Source: an uncultured Lachnospiraceae bacterium
GTDB taxonomy: Bacteria; Bacillota; Clostridia; Lachnospirales; Lachnospiraceae
Length of the DNA: 40,000 bases
NCBI GenBank assembly: GCA_902781225.1
Contig: CACZIN010000022.1
Location: forward strand, 3,460-43,459
Direction: 5' to 3'
Shown here: positions 34,125 to 40,000 of the stretch, piece after piece
How positions within the stretch are numbered: the first letter of the stretch is position 1
How the letters are laid out: each line of letters opens with the position of its first letter
Program-made: the position numbers and the translations under genes
Notes under the pieces: generated by a model
What the model was told of the DNA's origin: nothing
What the model saw: only the letters and a program-made list of their open reading frames with translations
Database searches by the model: none

Positions 34125-36620
34125 CTAAAGATATTTTCCGGTAATGCTGTCCCCGTTTTCTGCAATCTGCTCCGGCGTTCCACAGGCAACCACTCTGCCG
34201 CCCTGCTCACCGCCGCCGGGTCCCATATCAATGATATAATCTGCGTTGCGGATCACATCGAGATCGTGTTCGATGACAAGCACCGTCGCCCCATTGTCCA
34301 CGAGTGCCTGAAAGACACCGAGCAGCGTCTGTACGTCCAGCGGGTGCAGTCCGATCGTCGGCTCATCAAAAACGAATACGGAGTCCGACTGTCCCCTGCC
34401 CATCTCACTGGCAAGCTTTAGTCTCTGCGCCTCTCCTCCAGAAAGGCTCGGCGTCTCCTCACCCAATGTGAGATACCCAAGCCCCAGCTCCTTTAATACC
34501 TGTAACCGCTGATGCACCAGCTTTAGATCCGACGTTACCAAAAGCGCCGTGTTCACATCCATCTCCATCAGCTGCGGAAGCGAATACCTCTCTCCCTGCT
34601 TATTTTCATAACAGATCTGCCATGCCTCTTTGCCGTACCGGGAACCGCTGCATTCCGGGCAGGGTACGTCCACATCCGGCAAAAACTGCACATCCAGGCT
34701 GATCTGCCCGGTTCCGTCACAGACCGGACATCTTAGCTTTCCGGTATTGTAGGAAAAGTCCCCCGCCTTGTATTTCCGGTTTTTTGCATCCGCTGTTCTG
34801 GCATAGATTTTGCGGAGTTCATCATGTACATTGGCGTATGTTGCCACCGTTGAACGGACATTGATGCCGATCGGCGAAGCATCGATCAGTTTCACATGAG
34901 AAATCCCCTCCGCCGAAATATTTTTCACATGTTTCGGCAGACGCTCGCCATTTAGCGATGCCTCCAGCGCCGGAATCAGACTTTCCAGAACCATCGTGGT
35001 CTTGCCGGAACCGGACACGCCGGTGACTACCGTAAGTCTGCCCTTGGGAATATCCACCTCCAGCGGCTTTACCGTGTGGATGCTGTCCGTAGAGAGATGC
35101 AGGCTGCCCAACGCGAATATTTCGCTTTTGTCCAGCTGCTCCCGTATCCGCATGTTTGCCGTCTTCGCCAGAAATGGACCGATCATGGAAGCTTTATCCG
35201 CGGTGATCTGCGGAATGCTGCCCTCCGCGATCACATATCCGCCTTTTGCTCCGGCTTCGGGTCCCATCTCGATGATCCAGTCGGCTTCCGACAGAATCTG
35301 CGTATCATGGTCTACCAGAAGAACGGAATTGCCGTCCGCGATCAGATCGTGCATCACGGCATTCAATCCCGTAATGTTGGAGGGATGCAGACCGATCGAA
35401 GGCTCGTCCAGCACATACAAAACGCCTGTCGTGCGGTTGCGCACGGCTCTCGCGAGCTGCATCCGCTGCCGTTCTCCCGTGGACAGCGTGGAAGCCGCCC
35501 GGTCGAGTGACAGATAGGAAAGCCCCAGATCCATCAGCCTTTTTGCAATGGTCTGAAAGGATTCACAGATGGATTCCGCCATGGGGCGCATTTCCTCCGG
35601 CAGGGAATCCGGCACTCTCGCCACCCAGTCGACCAGTTCTTTCAACGTCATCTTACAGGCCTCTTCCAGCCCGATACCGCGCAGCCGCGGCGCCCGGGCA
35701 GCCTCCGAAAGCCTGCTTCCTCCGCACTCCGGGCAGACGTCCTCTTTTAAAAATTTTTCTACACGCTTCATACCCTTCTCATCTTTTACCTTTGCCAGGG
35801 CATTTTCCACCGTATATACGGCATTATAATAGGTAAAATCCAGTTCTCCTGCCTGGTTGGACTTTTTAGCTCTATAGAAAATATGCTTTTTTTCCGCCGG
35901 ACCGTGATAGACGATCTCTTTCTACGCGTCCGTCAGATCACGGAACGGAATATCGGTGCGCACTCCCATCTCCCGGCAGACATCCGTCATCAGTGACCAC
36001 ATCAGGCTGTTCCAGGGCGCCACCGCTCCCTCATCGATACTGATGGAATCATCCGGCACCAGGGAATCCAGATCAACCGTCCGGACGCTTCCGGTACCGC
36101 TGCATTTCGGGCAGGCTCCCTGTGAATTGAACGCCAGCTCCTCCGCACTCGGCGCATGTACTTTTTCTCCGCACACAGGACATATGATTTCCTGCTCCGC
36201 CGCCACTTTTAGCGTGGGCGGAACATAGTGTCCGTTGGGACAGCGGTGGGACGCCAGTCTCGAATACATCAGACGCAGACTGTTCAAAAGCTCCGTTCCG
36301 GTACCGAACGTACTGCGGATTCCCGGAATTCCCGGGCGCTGATGCAATGCCAGCGCAGCCGGAACATACCGCACCTCGTCCACCTGCGCTTTTGCCGCTC
36401 CGGTCATGCGCCTTCTCGTATAGGTAGAGAGCGATTCCAGATAACGCCTGGAGCCCTCTGCATACAGAACGCCTAACGCCAGGGACGATTTGCCGGAACC
36501 GGACACGCCCGCAATCCCCACAATCTGATGCAGTGGAACATCGACATTCACATTTTTTAAATTATGTACTTTTGCACCTCTCACTTCTATATACCGAGGT
36601 TCTTTATGATCGCTTTGCAT
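34125..36620 (-). pseudogene. UvrA-paralog ABC ATPase (UvrA2/class II-like, no obvious UvrB-binding domain) interrupted by one in-frame TAG at 35922-35924
   Basis: ORFs 35922-36620 and 34125-35810 are in the same frame. I translated the 111-nt gap and found it open: ...FRDLTDA*KEIVYHGPAEKKHIFYRAKKSNQAGELDFTYYNAVYTVENALAKV.... Two Walker A sites (GVSGSGKSS, GVSGSGKTT), two LSGGE signatures and Zn modules (CPVCG...CPKCSG, CPECGG, CPVCDG...CPEC). Confidence 0.8.
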
Positions 36621-36662
36621 GATGTCACTCCTTGTCTTGCTTCCTGCGCAACGGTTCTTTTA

Positions 36663-37025
36663 TTACATCGGCGTCCCAACTTCGATCAGATTGCCGTCCG
36701 GATCATAGAAGCGAACCAGCTTTTGTCCCCAGCTGTGTGTCATAAGCCGGTTGACATACGAAACGGAAGGGTATAATCTTTCCAGTTTTTCCACAAACGC
36801 CTCAATCTCCCGCTCCTCGAAATACAATTCACAGGAATTGTGATGCGGCACAATCTCTTTATTCAGAGCGTCCTTCCATATTTTTTCATCCTGAAGAACG
36901 AGACCTTCTGTCAGCATCACATTGCCGTCGTTATCCAGCTTCACATTAAGACCGAATAAATCATGGTAAAACTGCTTTGATTTTTCAATATCTTTTACAA
37001 CAATCAATACGTTCTTTAATCTCAA
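36663..37025 (-). CDS. VOC family protein (glyoxalase/bleomycin-resistance fold)
   Basis: MRLKNVLIVVKDIEKSKQFYHDLFGL and the C-terminal FYDPDGNLIEVG are classic VOC beta-alpha-beta-beta-beta motifs. Confidence 0.85.
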   Translation of the reverse strand: MRLKNVLIVVKDIEKSKQFYHDLFGLNVKLDNDGNVMLTEGLVLQDEKIWKDALNKEIVPHHNSCELYFEEREIEAFVEKLERLYPSVSYVNRLMTHSWGQKLVRFYDPDGNLIEVGTPM

Positions 37026-37068
37026 TCGCTGCCTCCAAATTCCGGGATTTCCGTTTTATCAATTTTAT

Positions 37069-37518
37069 CTAAAGTGCATACTGCATAAAATTTCCGTTGT
37101 GTACGAAACCGTAATCTGTATACAGCTTTACCCCCATGTCGGACGCCGTAATCTGAACGGTACCGCAGCCATATTCTCTGGCATCGCTTATTACGCGGGA
37201 AAGCAGTTCTCTGGCAATTCCCTTTCTTCTGTAATCCAGATCGGTAAACATGCTGGATAACAATCCGATTTTTCCACTCGGGCATTGAAAATACGGTGGT
37301 TTTTCCACAAAAGACATTCCGCTTGTTCCTATGATTTTCTCTTCATCAAAAGCAAGCCAGGATACAAATGTTCCGTCCGCCATATGACGGCTATAATAAT
37401 CTCTCAATGCGGGTACCAGATTCAACTGCTCCTTTGCCCCTTCTTCGCGCAGTTGATGGATTCTCATATCAATAAATCGATCCAGCTCTTTTTCCGTTAA
37501 TCTTCTATATTCAATCAT
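37069..37518 (-). CDS. GNAT family N-acetyltransferase
   Basis: Start trimmed to MIEYRRLTEKE with GGGAGAGGG upstream. Acetyl-CoA motif RRKGIARELLSRV. Confidence 0.85.
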   Translation of the reverse strand: MIEYRRLTEKELDRFIDMRIHQLREEGAKEQLNLVPALRDYYSRHMADGTFVSWLAFDEEKIIGTSGMSFVEKPPYFQCPSGKIGLLSSMFTDLDYRRKGIARELLSRVISDAREYGCGTVQITASDMGVKLYTDYGFVHNGNFMQYAL

Positions 37519-37690
37519 TTTGCCCTCTCCCATGCATATGCCAAGGGTCATACCCCATCAATGCATACGCCGATGTATATTTTTCCTGACTCACGGGCGC
37601 GTTCATATGGAAGATATCCGTCCGACACATGCAAGCATGCACGTCCGTCATTGCTCCATGTTCACTTTTGCCTTCGCGAACATTATATCA

Positions 37691-37858
37691 TCTCATCCGT
37701 ACATTTTACATCAGAAATTAAATGAAGTAAAAAACATGCTCTCAGCGGGAATGTCCATCTATGAGACGAGCTACACACTCTGTTTCTGCAATGAGAGTCA
37801 TTTCATACAGGCGTTTAATAAAAGATTCCACATGACCCCGGCAGTATATATTGCAAAG
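37691..37858 (+). pseudogene. Remnant of an AraC-family regulator (C-terminal HTH only)
   Basis: PYILHQKLNEVKNMLSAGMSIYETSYTLCFCNESHFIQAFNKRFHMTPAVYIAK matches the second AraC HTH (GF.d.s.F.r.Fkk..g.tP..Y). There is no sensor domain and no credible start. Its own terminator is retained. Confidence 0.5.
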
Positions 37859-37865
37859 ACAATAA

Positions 37866-37902
37866 AAAGCAACAATGACCCGATTTGTCATTGCTGCTTT
37901 TT
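37866..37902 (+). terminator. Terminator belonging to the AraC remnant
   Basis: Stem gcaacaatgac/gtcattgctgc (1 mismatch), loop ccgattt, then T5. Confidence 0.65.
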
Positions 37903-37926
37903 GACAATTACTTCAATGTTTTTGGT

Positions 37927-38601
37927 TTACATCTCTTTATTCCGAAGAGGTTTTAGATAATTCTTTTTCAATGTCCTTTCATCCCCAAAGAAAAATTTCT
38001 CTGATTTTGACAAAGTATGAGTCTCTGCCTTCAATTCAACCAACTTCAATGTACAAATTAAATCTGCAACTTGGAACAATCTATATTGAGCAGGTGTTAC
38101 TTTACGGAATTCAACATTTTCCAATAATGCATTGAAAACAGACGATAATATTCGTGTTACCTCTACCTGTCCATTATCATAATATACTTTTACAACATCA
38201 TAAGAATAGAAAAAATTCATATTTTCGCGAATAAACGCTGCTAGCTGCTTGCTTAATTTTCCGGTAGCTTCAACAGAGTCATTCACATGTTTCTTTTCAA
38301 TCATAATGGATTTGAAACGAACATCCAGATGTCTTACAAAAGACATCATCCGCTTTAATATTCCTTGTCTATCTTTTAATGAATAACCTTTATATTCTTC
38401 TTCGGACCTGATAACCGGACCGGCATGCACACAATGCTTCGACCACCCTATATTAGCCAGGCTTTCTTCCAATATTGCTAATTCCCTATTCATATCATAA
38501 TTCTGATCATGTAATACCAAAGAAATTATATAATAGGGCGCTCTATGGTCATACTCCCCAAGATCGCCTGATTCATCTACAAATATACTTAGTTTTTTCA
38601 T
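37927..38601 (-). CDS. DUF3800 domain-containing protein
   Basis: Start trimmed to MKKLSIFVDESGD (the FxDESG motif characteristic of DUF3800) with GGAGG upstream. The later QVADLI segment also fits. The gene is visibly AT-rich compared with its neighbours. Confidence 0.8.
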   Translation of the reverse strand: MKKLSIFVDESGDLGEYDHRAPYYIISLVLHDQNYDMNRELAILEESLANIGWSKHCVHAGPVIRSEEEYKGYSLKDRQGILKRMMSFVRHLDVRFKSIMIEKKHVNDSVEATGKLSKQLAAFIRENMNFFYSYDVVKVYYDNGQVEVTRILSSVFNALLENVEFRKVTPAQYRLFQVADLICTLKLVELKAETHTLSKSEKFFFGDERTLKKNYLKPLRNKEM

Positions 38602-38609
38602 ATACCTCC

Positions 38610-38636
38610 AAAAAAATGGCGGGTGTCTTACCCGCC
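38610..38636 (-). terminator. Intrinsic-terminator-like hairpin directly abutting the DUF3800 ribosome-binding site
   Basis: Minus strand reads GGCGGGT-AAGAC-ACCCGCC-A-TTTTTTT-GGAGG-TAT-ATG. Confidence 0.6.
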
Positions 38637-38668
38637 GATTGGTGGACCCGGGTCTTGCGACCAGCCCA

Positions 38669-38688
38669 AAGATGTGATATATCACATC
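38669..38688. promoter_or_regulatory. 20-bp perfect palindrome (candidate operator)
   Basis: AGATGTGATATATCACATCT lies just downstream of the predicted -10 of the DUF3800 promoter. Confidence 0.5.
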
Positions 38689-38702
38689 TATATTGTATAA
38701 AA

Positions 38703-38731
38703 ATATTAGCATAAATATGTATTTTTTTCAA
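38703..38731 (-). promoter_or_regulatory. Sigma-A promoter for the DUF3800 gene
   Basis: Minus strand reads TTGAAA (38731-38726), a 17-nt spacer, then TAATAT (38708-38703). Confidence 0.6.
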
Positions 38732-38776
38732 GTAAATGATATTTATCTTTATCACATACTAAGTTCCGCTCACAAA

Positions 38777-40000
38777 TCATCCGAACTCCAAATCCCTCCT
38801 GCAATACTGCACGATCGCGCTCTTCACCTTCTCTATCTCGAATGGTTTGGCGATATGTGCGTTCATTCCGGCGGCGAGGCATTTTTTCGCATCTTCCTCA
38901 AACGCATTTGCCGTCATCGCGATAATCGGAATCTGCTTTGCATCGGTTCTGGTAATTGCACGAATCTCTCTCGTGGCTGTCAGACCATCCATAACCGGCA
39001 TCATGATGTCCATAAGAATCGCGTCAAATGTTCCCGGCTCGTTTGTCTCAAACATGTCCAGCGCCTGCTTTCCATCTTTTACAAGAGTTACCTTTGCACC
39101 CGCATCCGTCAGCAGCATCTCTGCAATTTTTGCATTCAGATCATTGTCTTCTGCGACCAGTAAATTAAAACCATGAATATCGGCATTCTCCGGCTCTTCC
39201 TTTACAGGCAGTTTTTCCGGTGGCGGGGCAATCTCAAACGGAATCGTGATGACAAACGTGGATCCGACACCAACCTCACTTGTGACTTCGATACTTCCGT
39301 TCATCTGTTCAATCAGACCGTTCACGATCGTCATCCCCAGACCGGTTCCGCGGTAAACACTGCGGGCATCCGTTTTTTCCTGTGCAAACGGATCAAAAAT
39401 GTGATCCAGAAATTCCTGGCTCATTCCGATTCCTGTATCAGAAATGGTCCAGCGATACGTACATATTCCGTCATGTTCATCAACAGCTTCCACGATCGTG
39501 GAAACCTTGCCGCCCGGACGATTATACTTGATACAGTTGCCATAGATGTTGAGAAAAATCTGGCGGAGATGCAGCGGGCTTCCGTAAATATACGGATACG
39601 GAATCTCTGATTTTCCCTTTTCGTAATCCCACTCAACACCGGCCTCAACGGCTCGCGCAATAATAATACTCACAATATCGCGGGTCAGATCACCCAGACA
39701 GATAAATTCATGCGTTAGACCGATCTGTCCTTCTTCCAATTTGCTCATCTGCAGCACGTCATTGATAAGCGAAAGCAAGTGCTCCGCAGCGATATTCATC
39801 TTTTTATGATTTTCAAGAATCAGCTCTTTATTATCAAAATGGCTTTCGTCTATCTTCAAAAGACCGATAATTCCGTTGAGCGGCGTGCGGATGTCATGGC
39901 TCATACGATTCAAAAAGTTTGTTTTTGCCCGGTTGGCGGTCTGCATTTCATCAAAGGCCGCCTGCAGACGCGCATGCTCCTGCTCCTCCCGCGCGTGCAT
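38777..40000 (-). CDS. Hybrid sensor histidine kinase/response regulator, C-terminal part; the gene continues beyond the window end
   Basis: H-box FLNRMSHDIRTPLNGIIG, HATPase N/G boxes (LNIYGNCIKYN, DTGIGM, GTGLGM) and a C-terminal REC domain (LLVAEDNDLN, ILMDIMMPVMDG, KPF). Confidence 0.9.
   Translation of the reverse strand: MHAREEQEHARLQAAFDEMQTANRAKTNFLNRMSHDIRTPLNGIIGLLKIDESHFDNKELILENHKKMNIAAEHLLSLINDVLQMSKLEEGQIGLTHEFICLGDLTRDIVSIIIARAVEAGVEWDYEKGKSEIPYPYIYGSPLHLRQIFLNIYGNCIKYNRPGGKVSTIVEAVDEHDGICTYRWTISDTGIGMSQEFLDHIFDPFAQEKTDARSVYRGTGLGMTIVNGLIEQMNGSIEVTSEVGVGSTFVITIPFEIAPPPEKLPVKEEPENADIHGFNLLVAEDNDLNAKIAEMLLTDAGAKVTLVKDGKQALDMFETNEPGTFDAILMDIMMPVMDGLTATREIRAITRTDAKQIPIIAMTANAFEEDAKKCLAAGMNAHIAKPFEIEKVKSAIVQYCRRDLEFG

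Noticed and set aside
35922-35924. The in-frame TAG in the UvrA paralog as a pyrrolysine codon or programmed read-through site.
   Set aside because: No pyl genes or PYLIS-like context are visible in the window, and this enzyme family is not known to use Pyl. A nonsense mutation or sequencing error is more parsimonious. It stays open only as a remote possibility.
38637-38700. The DUF3800 leader as a member of a known riboswitch class, such as preQ1 or another small class.
   Set aside because: I could not recognise any match to the consensus of the small riboswitches I know. It is reported only as an unexplained structured leader.

Overview
This window looks like chromosomal DNA from a Gram-positive, spore-forming, chemotactic Firmicute. 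It is probably Clostridia, and the gene content and roughly 50% GC are reminiscent of Lachnospiraceae, but that placement is inference only. I call 38 apparently intact protein genes, 2 pseudogenes or remnants, and 2 tRNAs (initiator tRNA-Met and tRNA-Lys-CTT). Most are on the minus strand. There is no CRISPR array, rRNA, transposase or integrase.

Two blocks show classic Firmicutes housekeeping synteny. The first is DUF951-rpsF-ssb-rpsR-(lipoprotein)-gdpP at 1-3335. The second, at 10235-17339, is a yaaO-like decarboxylase, a kinase, yaaR, holB, ricT, a yabB-like methyltransferase, lgt and rsmI.

The parts worth a second look are:
1. An AbiEi/AbiEii-type two-gene module (18086-19627). Its toxin-like protein seems to have degenerate nucleotidyltransferase motifs. 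It sits flush against a MobA-like gene and next to an operator-like repeat array.
2. A strongly AT-rich single-gene islet encoding a DUF3800 protein (37927-38601). It has its own consensus promoter, a 20-bp perfect palindrome and a terminator-like hairpin fused to its ribosome-binding site. It lies next to an AraC-gene remnant.
3. A five-gene minus-strand operon: GNAT, VOC, UvrA2-like ATPase, flavin reductase and flavodoxin-like protein. The UvrA paralog is broken by one in-frame TAG.
4. A membrane-anchored coiled-coil protein carrying about 16 tandem acidic heptapeptide repeats and a C-terminal EIDAL-like peptide.
5. A REC-GGDVF-EAL c-di-GMP phosphodiesterase gene wedged between spmA and spmB.
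6. A 4 x 42-bp in-frame tandem repeat inside the PLP decarboxylase.
7. A domain-permuted GH3 glycosidase.

I cannot prove that any of these is a new system. The DUF3800 islet and the degenerate AbiE-like module are my best candidates. All family assignments come from motif recognition by eye, because no database search was possible.
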